Source of the DNA: Octopus vulgaris
Lineage: Eukaryota
Direction: 5' to 3'
Assembly (NCBI GenBank): GCA_951406725.2
Contig: OX597823.1
Span: 77,438,001-77,502,000, forward strand
DNA length: 64,000 bases
Part shown: positions 41,206 to 54,314 of the stretch, one piece after another
Numbering within the stretch: position 1 is the first letter of the stretch
Layout: each line of letters begins with the position of its first letter
Notes under the pieces: model-generated
What the model was told of the DNA's origin: nothing
The model's input: the letters and a program-made list of their open reading frames with translations, nothing else
Database searches by the model: none
Made by a program: the position numbers and the translations under genes

Positions 41206-42176
41206 GGACAGACAGACAGATTGATAAATAGATATTATATACATAATATTCATAATATGCATAATATTAATATATATATATAATAGTTTCACTCAGCCCT
41301 ACATGAATTAAAGATTTGTGGGTGTATAGGATCTCTCCATTTCATCAGGTGTTTGGAGTGCTACTGTTTTTTGTTCGTGTGCATGTGTGTGTGTGTAATT
41401 ATGTTTACTATGCTTGTAAGAAAACAAGCACTTGCATATGCTTCCTATGTTTCCTGACAATAGACATTTATGGCGTTCACTAGTGAAAAAAGAAAACCTC
41501 AAGTTCTTTACAGCAGATCTTAAAACTCAATGTTGTATGTTATAAATATAGTTATTTATATACATATATATAAACACAGATCTATATAGATGTCTGTATA
41601 TGTGTTCCCAAATACACAGATATTAATATATATTTTTTGTACCTCCTTTGAGTCTCAGTGTTGAAAGAAACAGAAGTACCATGTATATTTATAAATAGCC
41701 ATGATGAGGCACCGCTAATCGCTTGCAATGACCCCTTCCCCGCTCTCAGGGCTTCGTCAGGTACTTATTTTTATAATCACCATTGAGTCAATACACAGGT
41801 TCACCTTCGGGAGTAAGGAACATAAGCTACTCAATGAATACTACAAGCTTTTCTTTTTTTATCAATGATATATACTCTCACACACATATACATATTTACC
41901 ACAAGCAGATATATATCATCGTTGTTTCATCATGTATATGCTTTCCAAAATAGACATACACGATACACTTCATTTAAATGGCTCCAAGGCTCCAAGGAAG
42001 CGATACAATGTTGCATAAGCACAAGGCTCTGATTACACAACTTCTAAACTTCTCACTTAAACTTTACACCAGAGCATGTGTGCATTGAGTTTTCAGCATC
42101 GCTGTGCCTAAGTAAAAGCATGGTATATATATATATATATATATAAATATATGAAAGAATGGAGTTGAACAACGAA

Positions 42177-42277
42177 TTTCCTTTATTTTCGACATATGTT
42201 TCGAAGGCTGCATATTCCTAATTGCGAAGGAATAAGGAGTATATTATGCCGCTTTCTCATCAGGAAAAGCAAGGAAC
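42177..42277 (-). ncRNA. Type I hammerhead ribozyme, intact core, GUC site (left, minus-strand copy)
   Basis: Reverse complement of the 42351 copy with about one substitution in the stem II loop region. Confidence 0.8.
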
Positions 42278-42350
42278 TTATGTCAACATCAAGAGGGCTC
42301 CGTGTGAGCAATCATCTAAAAGTTTTTTGTGCATCTTGATGTTGACATAA

Positions 42351-42451
42351 GTTCCTTGCTTTTCCTGATGAGAAAGCGGCATAATATACTCCTTATTCCT
42401 TCGCAATTAGGTATATGCAGCCTTCGAAACATATGTCGAAAATAAAGGAAT
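42351..42451 (+). ncRNA. Type I hammerhead ribozyme, intact core, GUC site (right, plus-strand copy)
   Basis: gttccttgcttttc-CTGATGA(42365-71)-GAAaGCgGCATA..TATGCaGCcTTC-GAA-ACATATGT-C(42437)-gaaaataaaggaat. Stem I has 12 of 14 pairs with a 2x2 internal loop, G10.1-C11.1 is present, and stem III is palindromic. Confidence 0.8.
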
Positions 42452-42622
42452 TTTGTTAATTCGTCGTTCAACTCCATTCTTTCACATATTTATATTTTTA
42501 AAAAAACATTCAAATTTCCACACGAAAGCACGTAACTTCAAACGTGTCTTCTCTGATGTGAATTTGCTACCCAGGTATCGGTTAACCGAATTATCCTTAA
42601 CAAGATAATTCATTCAACTACT

Positions 42623-42659
<37 letters not shown>

Positions 42660-42869
42660 TTATTAATCCGGGGGTGGCAATGTGAGCAGCAAATGAAGGA
42701 ACATTACAAAATCCACAGAAAGATCAAACACATACATATATTCATATATTCATTTATATCTACAGAACAGATATAAAGTCCGATGTTTAAAAATACAGAA
42801 TTCCAGTCTGTTATATATTTTGAGTGTTGTTGTCACTAATGATCTCAAGATATAACTTTGTATTTTGTA

Positions 42870-42906
<37 letters not shown>

Positions 42907-43162
42907 AGAGAGAGAGTGAGGGAGAGAAACTGATAGATAAATATAGATATTATGAAAAAAATAACTGGAAACAAATGCATGTTTGTTTGTTTGTTTTTTT
43001 ACAGTTACTTCAGTTTCACAGATTCTGTAATCAATAATCAAAATCAATAAGTAATTATAAATTATAATAAATTAGATTGATCCTTGATTGCATCATCAGA
43101 GGTCTTGTTGAAATATATATAATATATTGTATATTATATAATATAGCATAATATATATTAAT

Positions 43163-43520
43163 AGGTGCAGGAGTGGCTGTGTGGCAAGTAGCTTGCTTAC
43201 CAACCACATGCTTCTGGGTTCAGTCCCATTGCATGGCACCTTGGGCAAGTGTCTTCTACTATAGCCTTGGGCTGACCAAAGCCTTGTGAGTGGATTTGGT
43301 AGATGTATGTATGTGTGTGTTTTTGTGTGTCTGTTAGTCCCCCAACATCGCTTGACAACCAATGTTTACAACTCTGTAACTTAGCGGTTCGGAAAACGAG
43401 ATCCATTAGAATATGTACAAGGCTTACGAAGAATAAATCCTGGGGTCGATTTGTTCGACTAAAGGCAGTGCTCCAGCATGGCTGCAGTCAAATGACTGAA
43501 ATAAATAAAAGAATAAGAAT
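43163..43520 (+). mobile_element. SINE family A with internal deletions
   Basis: Same head, CORE-like and tail motifs as the 11382 copy. Confidence 0.85.
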
Positions 43521-43909
43521 AGTATGTGTGTGTATATGTAAATACAATGAACTTCTTTCGGTCTTTGTCTACAAAATCCCTTTAGAAGTCATTTGTTGGC
43601 TCAGGACTATTGTAGCTATTGTAGGCGATACTTACCCAAACTGTCACATATTGCAAATGAACCTGAAAACAGATGGTTACCAAGAGAACATGCTAACCAC
43701 ACAGCCATGCTTGCACCCCAATCATGCTTTCTAAATTTGCCATATAAGTGTATGTTAAATGAGAGGGCTTGTACCAAAGGCAAGAATTCCTCTATAGTTA
43801 ATTAATTCCTTTCATCAAAGCTAAATCCATTATTCTAATTTTATTCTGAACTGGTACTAACAACTGAAAGAGAAATCAATCATTAAAAAAAAATTAATTA
43901 AAAGATTAT

Positions 43910-43980
<71 letters not shown>

Positions 43981-44781
43981 TGCATATATATATATATATA
44001 AATATACATATATGTGAATATCTATCTACATGCATATATACATATATATAATATACATATATGTGAATATCTATCTACATGTATATATATATGTGCATGT
44101 CTATCTATATGCACATATGTGTGTGCATATATATGAAAACAAAGCATAACAACTAGGAATAAGAAAAGAATGCTAAACAGATATAAATAAATCAACAATG
44201 GAAAAATGAATAAATAAATAAATAAATAAATGGTTGCCGGTTAGAATAGAAAATTTAATATGGAAACTGTTAAGATTTAATGACATATGATTAGTGCAAT
44301 TGACCAACTGGAATACTTTGTATGAAAATAAGTAGCACAGGTTGACGAGATGAAAGGATAATTAAATAAGTTAAGAGCTGCTTCCAATCAGAATATTAGT
44401 TTTAAACACAATTTAAGCAAATGAGCAAAGATGTTTTCACAATAAATAAATAATAAACAAATATTTAAAAAGGAATTTCAATAAATAAATAAACACATTA
44501 AAGGAAAAAATAATGCAGAAAAGAAGAAAAAAGAGGGTAGGAAAAATTTTTAAATCAAAAGGTTTATGATAAAATATCAAAGAAATTGCTTATTGCTTTT
44601 TACATCAAACAAATAACTGGAATTTTAAATCCTATTGTGTCGTTAGAATGTGTTCTCTCTTATTCTCCACTGCTTCGTCTTCTCGACCACCACCACCATT
44701 GCTGCCGCCGCCACTACTGCTACTACTACTACTACTAATACTACTGATACTACTAACAACAACAAAAACAATAATAATATG

Positions 44782-44953
44782 GGCACAGGAGTGGCTGTGT
44801 GATAAGTAGCTTGCTTACTAACCACTTGGTTCCGGGTTCAGTCCCATTGCATGGCACCTTGGGCAAGTGTCTTCTACTATAGCCTCAGGCCGACCAAAGC
44901 CTTGTGAGTGGATTTGGTAGACAGAAACTGAAAGAAGCCCGTCGTATATATGT

Positions 44954-45031
<78 letters not shown>

Positions 45032-45233
45032 TTATGTGTTTACCCCCCAACATCGCTTGACAACCAATGCTGGTGTGTTTACGTCCATGTAACATAGCGG
45101 TTTGACAAAAGAGCCCGATAGAATAAGTACTAGGCTTACAAAGAATAAGTCCGGGGGGGGGGGTCGATTTCTTTGACTAAAGGCGGTGCTCCAGCATGGC
45201 TTCAGTCAAATAACTGAAACAAGTAAAAGAGTA
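44782..45233 (+). mobile_element. Full-length SINE family A
   Basis: Near-identical to the 11382 copy. Confidence 0.9.
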
Positions 45234-45236
45234 ATG

Positions 45237-45423
45237 GTTTCAAATTTTGGAACAAGACAAGGCCAGCAATTTAATAGGAGGGATAAATCAATTACATTGA
45301 CCCCCAGCACACAACTCAACTCAAAGTCAACTTCAGTGGAATTTAAAATCAGAATGTAAAGACAAACAAAATGCTGCCAAGCATTTTGTCCTGCAGGCTA
45401 ACATTTTTGCCAGGTCACCACCT
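45237..45423 (-). mobile_element. SINE family B, degenerate
   Basis: aaggccagcaattt...caaagtcaacttcagtggaattt...aagcatttt. Confidence 0.65.
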
Positions 45424-45427
45424 TTTA

Positions 45428-45680
45428 GGTGTAGGAGTGGCTGTGTGGTAAGTAGCTTGCTTACCAATCACATGGTTCCAGGTTCATTCCCACTGCATGG
45501 CACCTTGGGCAAGTGTCTTCTACTATAGCCTCGGGCCCACCAAAGCCTTGTGTGTGGATTTGGTAGACGGAAACTGAAAGAAGCCCATCGTATATATGTA
45601 TATATATATATATTTATATCTATGCGTGTTTGTATATGTTTCTGTGTCTGTGTTTACATCCCCGGAACGTAGCGGTTCAA
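45428..45680 (+). mobile_element. SINE family A, 3'-truncated
   Basis: Head and CORE-like motifs are intact. Confidence 0.85.
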
Positions 45681-45756
45681 TATAGATATATTATATACCT
45701 GTAATATATAATATTACTATTGATATACTATATATGTATATATAAATTAAAGTATA

Positions 45757-45803
<47 letters not shown>

Positions 45804-46122
45804 AAAACTTATATATAAAGGACGTGAAATTCACGAATTGACAAACACGGAAAAACGGACAGTAATTCAGAGCCTTCATTCTTCAGTTAGAAACCGATTC
45901 ATCATGGCAAATTTCGGCTGTTTAATTCTGAGATTTGCTTCGAAAAGGCCAGCCCCAAGGCAAAAGCTAAGCTATAGGCATTAGATTTGCTTGGTAGAAG
46001 GAAAGAATGTGACAGTCGAGACGAACAGGAAAACAAGAGACGAAGATAAAATTTACAGTAACGAATAAAAACAGGAATGATACGGGGGCGTCATACGACT
46101 TTGAGACAAAATGAGACAAAAC

Positions 46123-46155
<33 letters not shown>

Positions 46156-47056
46156 CGTCTTTGCCTGTGTGCATATCTTCATCTCTGTGTTTGTCTCCAG
46201 TGTTGGTTTGTTTACTTCCCCATACTTTATTGGTTCAGCAAAAGTCACCAGTAGAATAAAACCTTAAAAAAATACTTTAAAAATAATCAAAATTACTGGT
46301 GTTTGATTTGTTCAATGTAACCATTGAAGGAGATGCCCCAGCATGGCCACAGTCTAATGACTAGAACAAGTAAAACATAAAAGATTACATAGACAAAGGA
46401 GCTATCAATCTGTTAGTGTGGAACCTGGATAATGTTAAATGAAACAGGTTACTGAATTGCTTTACTGATTTACGTTGTTAACTCTTAGAAGGATGAAAGG
46501 GCATAAATTGAGGCTTGTCTACCATGAAATTTGAACTCAGTACCAGAAGGCTGAAATAAATGAGAATGATAAACTGTTGCTTAAGTGATTGTAACACAAG
46601 TATTAAGTTGAAAACACTTAACGGCTGTTATTTTCCATGTTTGAAGTTAACAGGAAGATTATAAACTAATCTTGCTGCTAGAGGGTAAACTCTCTGAGTA
46701 AATTACTTTGTTACTGGAGCTGCGGAAAGAGGAGTAACAGGAATGAGAGGGAGAATGTTAGACGTTAAAGAAAAAGAGAAAACTGAGAGAATAACAGTCA
46801 TGGAAGGAGAGAGAAAGAGAGAGAGAGAGAGGGACATAGAGCAAAATGAAATGTGATATATAATACTTACATAGCATCTAGTAGATAATATATAGAGAGG
46901 AAAAGACAAACGAATACTTCAAGGAAAGAAAGAAGATAAAAACGAAGATAAAATTAAGATGTAATTTACCTGGAGAATAACTGTCTAACTCTATCACTAT
47001 TCATATAGTGTGTGTGTATGTGTGTGTATATATATATATATATATATACATACATA

Positions 47057-47905
47057 CAGGGTGTAGTGAATAAACTGTCATTTAAATGACGCAAAAATGA
47101 AAATAACACTGACATCTCATTTTAACAGATATATTTACTAAAATTACATAAAAATATCTTGAAATACTAAAGAGTAAATTTATTCAATAAAATCACAATT
47201 GGCTTCAACCAATGACTCAAAACTACTTCAGAATCTCCTGCAAGTCTTCTGGATGGCCCCTTTGACCTAATCCTTGCCTTCAGTTCATCTTTGGTATTAC
47301 AAAGAGTTTTGTTGGTCTCTTGCTCAACTGTGCCCTACACATAGTAATCTAGGGGGTTGGAGTGTGGGGAGTTAGGTGGCTAGACGTTAGAGGTGGTGCA
47401 GTTGCAGAAATTGTCTGACTGTCATGATGGTTCTCCTACTTCTGTGGCATGGTGCACAGTCCTGTTGCCAGACATAGGGTCTCCCAGCAGCAACCGTTTT
47501 GACCCAGGGCAGCACTACCTTCTCCAGGCACTTGATGTAGGCTTCTGTGTTGAGTCTGAAGCTGTGTGGGAAGATGAATGGATCCATAACATTGCCATCA
47601 CTAGTAATCACTCCAAACACCATGATGTTCACTGGATGTTTGACTTTTATAACTCTCGGTACATTTCCTCAGATTGACACCCAAACACTCTGAAATGTTT
47701 GTATTGGAGCTTCTAGTGTGAATGCTAAGCAGTATAGCATGTCATTTCCAAATTTCTGGTAGAGTGAATTGCCTCTTGGTGCTATTTTTCTCACAGACAG
47801 TATCCAACTGACCCTACTATACTGTATAGTTAACAAAATCAAAACAAACAATGCTTGAGTATGAATTTTAAATATAAAACATCACAATTTACCCATCGCA
47901 GCCTG
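47057..47905 (-). mobile_element. Internally deleted Tc1/mariner DNA transposon (DD37D/maT-like) with transposase pseudogene
   Basis: TIRs cagggtgtagtgaataaactgt / acaatttacccatcgcagcctg with TA flanks. Translation IMVFGVITSDG..YIKCLEKVVLPW..YVWQQDCAPCH..*PPNSPHSNPLDYYV. Confidence 0.85.
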
Positions 47906-47929
47906 TATATATACATGCATGTGTGTGTG

Positions 47930-47973
<44 letters not shown>

Positions 47974-48284
47974 TGTATGTATATATACAGATACATTTAC
48001 GTACACACATTTACAGGTGTACCTGTCTGTGATGGGGGATGCATGTCTGTGCTTTTCTCATTATTTAACACCACACTTTATTTTATGTTTATGAAATTTA
48101 CCACTTTGACAAAAAAATAACTGGTAGAATAAGCACCAAAGAAAGAAAAAAAATTGGGTTTGATTTAATAACCTAATTCAGTGATGGTGATACTCCAGTA
48201 CGTTTTCAGTTCAATGGGTGAAACATGTAACAAAAATAATAGAACAAAAGATATACATATATACATAGATAGATATAAATATAT

Positions 48285-48500
48285 GTTCAGTCAATTCAAA
48301 TAAACAAACAATTCAGATAAATGGATAAAAAATAAAAATGAAAAAGAAAAACAATGAATGTGAGGACGTGCACAAGAAGTATGTTAGCTTAATGCTCAGT
48401 GAAAGGGGAGCTTTTGACATTTCAAGCATTGCTCTTCGTCGGAGAGAAACTGAAAAATTCCAAAGAAGGAAGAAAAGAAATCACGAATGGGCCACATGTA
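48285..48500 (-). mobile_element. Penelope-like short element with decayed hammerhead at 48408-48448; truncated relative at 58730-58835
   Basis: Minus strand has CCGACGA-A-GAGCaatGCTT-GAAAT-GTC-aaaag, consistent with decay of CTGACGAAGAGC..GCTCGAAACGTC. Confidence 0.5.
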
Positions 48501-48611
48501 GATATATTACTGAATATATATTATGCTCTACGTAATATATTTTAATAATTACTGATATTTTTATATTTTATATAAAATATATGCATATATAACATATATA
48601 TAATTTTATAT

Positions 48612-48649
<38 letters not shown>

Positions 48650-48655
<6 letters not shown>

Positions 48656-48857
48656 CTATTATGCAAAACAAAAAATTAGTTTCACCATTCCATAGGAAAA
48701 CAGTTGTACAATATTTTGACAAGTTTTAATATCTTAGAATCTGAAGCAGCTGTAGATATGATAGTTTGACCAAAAGAACCAGTTACTGCAAGCAAAAATA
48801 AATATTGAAAAACAATGCATTTGGCCAAATTTGGATGATAGTTTAACATAATAGCAA
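48650..48857. mobile_element. Internally deleted MITE (TIR TGTTGCTATTATG), same family as 61992-62382
   Basis: Ends tgttgctattatgcaaaac / gtttaacataatagcaaa. The interior is the reverse complement of 62015-62150. Confidence 0.7.
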
Positions 48858-49178
48858 AGATATACAGTAGTAACTCGGTTTTTGAACACTTCTGATCATG
48901 AATAAATCATGCTTTATCTCCTGTCTTTCTCATATTCCTCTAATACAGTGGTATCACAGTTTACAAAAACCTCTGTTCATGAGTAAATCGTGCTTTATAT
49001 GTCTATATATATATTATATATATATATTTGTATGTATGTATGTATGTATGTATGTATGTATGTATGTATGTATGTATGTATGTATGTATGTATAAAACAC
49101 AATTCATTTGTGATCAAAGGTGTTCCAAAATTTAGGTACTACTGTATCTAGGTATTCCTAAATTAATTGCACTTCCTA

Positions 49179-49270
49179 TTCAAGGCTCTGATGAAGCTAT
49201 AAGACGTTATTCAAGCACTCAACTAAGAACCCTCTGCATCTAATAGCAGAAACAGCTGTTAGCTTATGAA
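49179..49270 (+). ncRNA. Type I hammerhead ribozyme motif, A.A stem II junction variant, GUU site
   Basis: ttcaaggct-CTGATGA-a-GCTATaAGA..TCTaATAGC-a-GAA-ACAGCTGT-T-agctt(a)tgaa. Stem I is 9 bp with one bulge and stem III is palindromic. Confidence 0.7.
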
Positions 49271-49632
49271 GTTCATAACATAATCGTTTTTTCCCTTTGC
49301 CATCCCTTTTGCGTATTACTGCTCTATGTTCATCTAACACTTTCTTCTGAAGTATACATATATTGAGTTCTACACCAGGTTGTTAGTATCACAATGCCTA
49401 AATGAAATAAATAAATAAACATATATACATTCTCACACACGTGCACATGAGTGTGTGCAGAATTATACAACATGAAATTAGAAATGACATGTTTTAATTC
49501 TAAATTACAACATTTGTTTCTGCACCTAAAAAAAAGCTTTACGTTGCTGAGCTTACATTCGTACATTATGACGCACAATTATTCACTAGAATAACTGCAT
49601 AAATAAATGACTCAGTGATAGCTGTGATTTGA

Positions 49633-49791
49633 TGCTTCCTTAGGTAGGATGTCATTAAGCACTGCCTGATTTGCATTTCCTCTTATATTTGAGTACCTGT
49701 TTTTCTTTATCAATCATTACACACAGACACACAAACATAAAGTGAGAGAGAGAGGGTTAGATAGATAGATAAATAGATAGATAGATAGATT

Positions 49792-49841
<50 letters not shown>

Positions 49842-50236
49842 AAAATAGAGAGATAGACAGATAAAGATATATATATAATAATATGTGAAGATATAGATAT
49901 AAATAGTAATAGGCATAGGAGCGGGTGTGTGGTAAGTAACTTGCTTATGAACCACATGGTTCCGGGTTCAGTTCCACTGTGTGGCACCTTGGGCAAGTGT
50001 CTTCTACTATAGCCTTAGTCCGACCAAAGCCTTGTGAGTGGATTTGGTAGACAGAAACTGAAAGAAGCCTGTCATATATATTGCTTCCTTAGGTAGGATG
50101 TCATTAAGCACTGCCTGATTTGCATTTCCTCTTGTATTTGAGTACCTGTTTTTCTTTATCAATCATTACACACACACACATAAAGTGAGAGAAAGACAGA
50201 GAGGGTTAGATTGATAGATAAATAGATAGCTAGATT

Positions 50237-50282
<46 letters not shown>

Positions 50283-50520
50283 AAAACAGATAGATAGACA
50301 GGTATAGATATATATAGTAATATGTGAAGATATAAATATATATAGTAATAGGCACAGGAGTGGCTGTGTGGTAAGTAGCTTGCTTATGAACCACATGGTT
50401 CCGGGTTCAGTTCCACTGTGTGGCACCTTGGGCAAGTGTCTTCTACTATAGCCTCAGTCTGACCAAAGCCATGTGAGTGGATTTGGTAGACAGAAACTTA
50501 AAGAAGCCTGTCGTATATAT
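49633..50520 (+). repeat. ~450-bp tandem duplication including (GATA)n and the 5' half of SINE A
   Basis: tgcttccttaggtaggatgtc... starts at 49633 and 50082. Both SINE heads share private changes (cttatgaacc, cagttccact). Confidence 0.9.
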
Positions 50521-50797
50521 GTATATATATATATGTATATATATATATATGTATGTGTGTGTATATGTTTGTTTGCCTGTGTTTGTCCCCCCAACATCAC
50601 TTGACAACCGATGCTGGTGTGTTTACGTCCCTGTAACTTAGCAGTTCAGCAAAAGAGACCAATAGAAGAAGTACTATAAGAATATATTACAAAAAATAAG
50701 TCCTGGGGCCGATTTGTTCGACTAAAAGATGGTGCTCCAGCATGGCCACAGTCATATGACTGAAACAAGTAAAAGAGTAAAAGAGAGTAAAAGAGTA
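50351..50797 (+). mobile_element. Full-length SINE family A
   Basis: Head through the (agtaaaag)n tail. Confidence 0.9.
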
Positions 50798-50799
50798 AG

Positions 50800-51236
50800 A
50801 TCCAGGGATCAAAGTGTAGGAAGTGAGTAAGCTTTGGGCAGTCCATATAAGGTATGAAAAAACAACTTTCAGGAAAAATAAGGGTTTACCGATGTAGACG
50901 GCTGTAAATATTTCTCTATCAAAGTTCAAAGTTCAACTGGGGTTGCTGTGTATGCAAATATAAATCCTAATTTAGGGAACAGAAGTAGATAAAATCCAGG
51001 CTATGTATGTGTAAAGTCAGGACTTCTGGCTGGCTACTCATGTGGATCACGATGACCCTTCCATCTCTCAGGGAATTGGGCATTCAGCCATTCAATTTCA
51101 ACAAGTGCATAATGTGGAGGGGTGCCATCTGGCATGAAAATCAAATCTTCAGTATTGTCCCAAGCACTTATAACTGGCCAGATCTCATCTTGCAGCATAG
51201 TGAGGTAGCATAGGAAGTTAATTTTCAATCAGCCTG
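50800..51236 (-). pseudogene. Tc1/mariner transposase relic (DD41D/rosa-like)
   Basis: YLTMLQDEIWP..LIFMPDGTPPHYAL..WLNAQFPERWKGHRDPHE*PARSPDFT resembles the FQQDGAPPH..RWIGR.GP..WP.RSPDL signature. TA-cagg TIR-like end at 51236. Confidence 0.75.
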
Positions 51237-51267
51237 TATATACAGAGAGACAAAAATGAGAGATAGA

Positions 51268-51490
51268 GGCGAGCTGGCAGAAACGTTAGCACGCTGGGCG
51301 AAATGCTTAGCAGTATTGCGTCTGCCGCTACGTTCTGAGTTCAAATTCCTTTCGAGGTCGACTTTGCCTTTCATCCTTTCGGGGTCGATTAAATAAGTAC
51401 CAGTTACGCACCTGGGTCAATATAATCGACTTAATCCATTTGCCTGTCCTTGTTTGTCCTCTGTGTTTAGCCCCTTGTGGTTAGTAAAGA
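51268..51490 (+). mobile_element. SINE family B, best-preserved copy
   Basis: ggcgagctggcagaaacgttagc (A-box-like)...gagttcaaattcc (B-box-like)...gaggtcgactttgcctttcatcctttcggggtcgattaaataagtaccag. Confidence 0.85.
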
Positions 51491-52622
51491 ATTAGAAATG
51501 TGAGATAGAGAGTGAGAGAAATCAGAGAGAAAGATAAATGCCCGAGAGTAAGGAAATTCTGAGTACTGAAAGTAGAGTGTCAAAATCTGTTTTGAAAGCT
51601 GAAGCTTCAAATTTCATGATGCTGAGGTTCATGTCTATGATCTTCAAACAAAATATGAGGAATAAAACAGGAAACCGTTAATAAGAATATTCAGATAAGG
51701 TTAACAAAAAGGAAGCATTTGACTAGATGCATGTGTAAAGATAAAACTGAATAAATAAATAAATATTTCATTGGATGTATGTGCAAAGAGATAATCAAAT
51801 TGCTAAAAAAAAAAAATGAGCAAATATAAATAAAGGTTTCATTCAATCATATTTAATGGAGGTATTTTTGAACTATTCACAAAATGTCTTCGATGCTCAA
51901 ATACTACAAAATACTATAATGCTAAAGAAAGATGGTATCGAGATAAGTAACTTAAAAGGCAAGTAATGGAATAAATAGTGAGGAAAAAAAATATTATTAA
52001 CATTCGAACACAGTTAGAACATGTCACATATAATAAACAGTCTGCAACATGACAAAGAAACGAGAGATAGGTAAGGACTATAAAAAAAAAAAAGCGGAAA
52101 TTAATGTACCACAAACTTGTTGTTGGAAATTTTTGATGGATCTTTCTTTTGAAAATTATGTAGCATATATTTCGATTTATGTAAACACTTACAAAGAATA
52201 TCATTTCTTGTATTCAGGCTGTTGCCGTTCTGTAATAATGTTACAACTTTTGGTTAAGAAGAGGTGACAACTGAGAATATTTCTGTTGTTGCCGAATTTG
52301 TAAGCAGGTACAAAAGGAAGAATAGATCAAGTTATATTAAAGGTGCATTTAAAGTTTGCTTCAATCTCCAAATATATATCACAAAAGACTTGCTGAAAAT
52401 TTTATATTTGGGTTTCATATTCAATCAGATATATTTTCCGTTCACTTCATTTAAAACGATCATCCAATGAAATGCTTCCGTTTCTTTTTTATCATTATAT
52501 GAATATCCTTATTAGGTTTCTGGTTTCACCCTTCAATTTTCATTTGAAGATTGGAAATGTGAAACCCAGTCACAAAACTAGAATTTTCCATTTTAATATA
52601 AATTATATGTATGTATGTATGG

Positions 52623-52677
<55 letters not shown>

Positions 52678-52711
52678 AATCCATCTCTATCTCTCTATCT
52701 CTTTCACTTTG

Positions 52712-52744
<33 letters not shown>

Positions 52745-53153
52745 ATGATAAGGAGAACAGATTTTCAACATTCATAATTTTATTTGACAGTTATTTACAG
52801 CATCCTTTATGCGACCTGTGCATGTTTCAAATGCATCGACTGCACAGTGCAGTCAGTGCAGCTAAAACACACTTAAATCCAGTAAAGGATATTGTAAATA
52901 TCTGTCAAATAGAATTATGGATGTATAAAAAACTTCATTCTCCTTATCATTATTAATACTTTTACTTACTCTAAGGAAATTATGCAGTCCTGAACAGGAC
53001 AATCGGATTTACCCAGCGAGAAAAGTTACCAGAGTCTAGCAACTTATTGTTAGCTCAGGTACCACAAAAGGACCATTATGGTTAGCCAGCATCTGAAACC
53101 AAATTCAGAGGAAACATGGTAACCACCAGGATAATATATCTCTTTAAATTCAT

Positions 53154-53185
<32 letters not shown>

Positions 53186-53453
53186 GTTGCTTCACTGGCA
53201 CCTGTGCCGGTGGCACATGTAAAAAGATTCGAGCGAGGTCATTGCCAGTACCGCCTGACTGGCCCCCGTGCCAGTGGCACATAAAAAGCACCCACTACAC
53301 TCTCGATGTGATTGGCATTAGGAAGGGCATCCAGCTGTAGAAACTCCACCAGATCTAGATTGGAGCCTGGTGCAGCCATCTGGTTGCCAGCCCTGAGTCA
53401 AAATCGTCCAACCCATGCTAGCATGGAAAACGGACGTTAAACGATGATGATGA
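53186..53453 (+). mobile_element. SINE family C, well preserved
   Basis: gtgccagtggcacataaaaagcaccc...ttggcattaggaagggcatccagctgtag...ccatgctagcatggaaaacggacgttaaacgatgatg. Confidence 0.85.
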
Positions 53454-53456
53454 TAT

Positions 53457-53501
<45 letters not shown>

Positions 53502-53782
53502 CTCATACTCATAGAGAAGGGTGTGGCCAAACACATAGACACCTCTAACTATCTAACGAAAGCCAAATACTAAATTACCTGGAAGAGTAAAAGCCTATAT
53601 GTGCTTTACACAAAATGTCTCATGAGTAAATAAAATAAAAAAAAAGATTCTAATTGCTTATTTATTTGAAATTATAGTTTGCTTCCTTCTTATATTTTAT
53701 TCTCATTCTGTTTATTTTCCTTTTGGTTTGTATTTTTGTTCATGCAAAATGCTATAATTCAAAATAAGTGCGTGTGCATTCA

Positions 53783-53861
<79 letters not shown>

Positions 53862-54049
53862 ACACACATGCATATTTGCTGGTAATTTTTCAAGCAGTCG
53901 ATTTGTGGGAGCTATAATGTAATTATTTTTGGAGAATAGGTTTAGTTTAGTTTACAGAAATATATTTTAGTGGCATAATAATGAAATATTCCTCACGTGT
54001 GTTATTATTTAACATGTCATGCTGGGACGCATATGCTACTCATCATGCA

Positions 54050-54245
54050 TGCTGGCAGAATCATTAGCACACCAGACAAAATGCTTCGTAACATTTTGTC
54101 TCTCTTTACATTCTGGGTTCAAATTCTACCAAGGTGAACTTTTCTTTTTATCCTTTAGGGGTCGAGAAAATAAGTACCAGTTGAGCACTGGATTCGAAAT
54201 AATTGCCTAACCTCTTCCCCCAAATTCCAGGCCTTGTACCTGTAG
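54050..54245 (+). mobile_element. SINE family B, degenerate
   Basis: gctggcagaatcattagc...gggttcaaattc...aataagtaccagttgagcactg. Confidence 0.7.
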
Positions 54246-54314
54246 TAGATACTTTTACACTATATATGTAGTCATTGCTGATTGATACACTATCATCATC
54301 CTCACCATCTTTTC

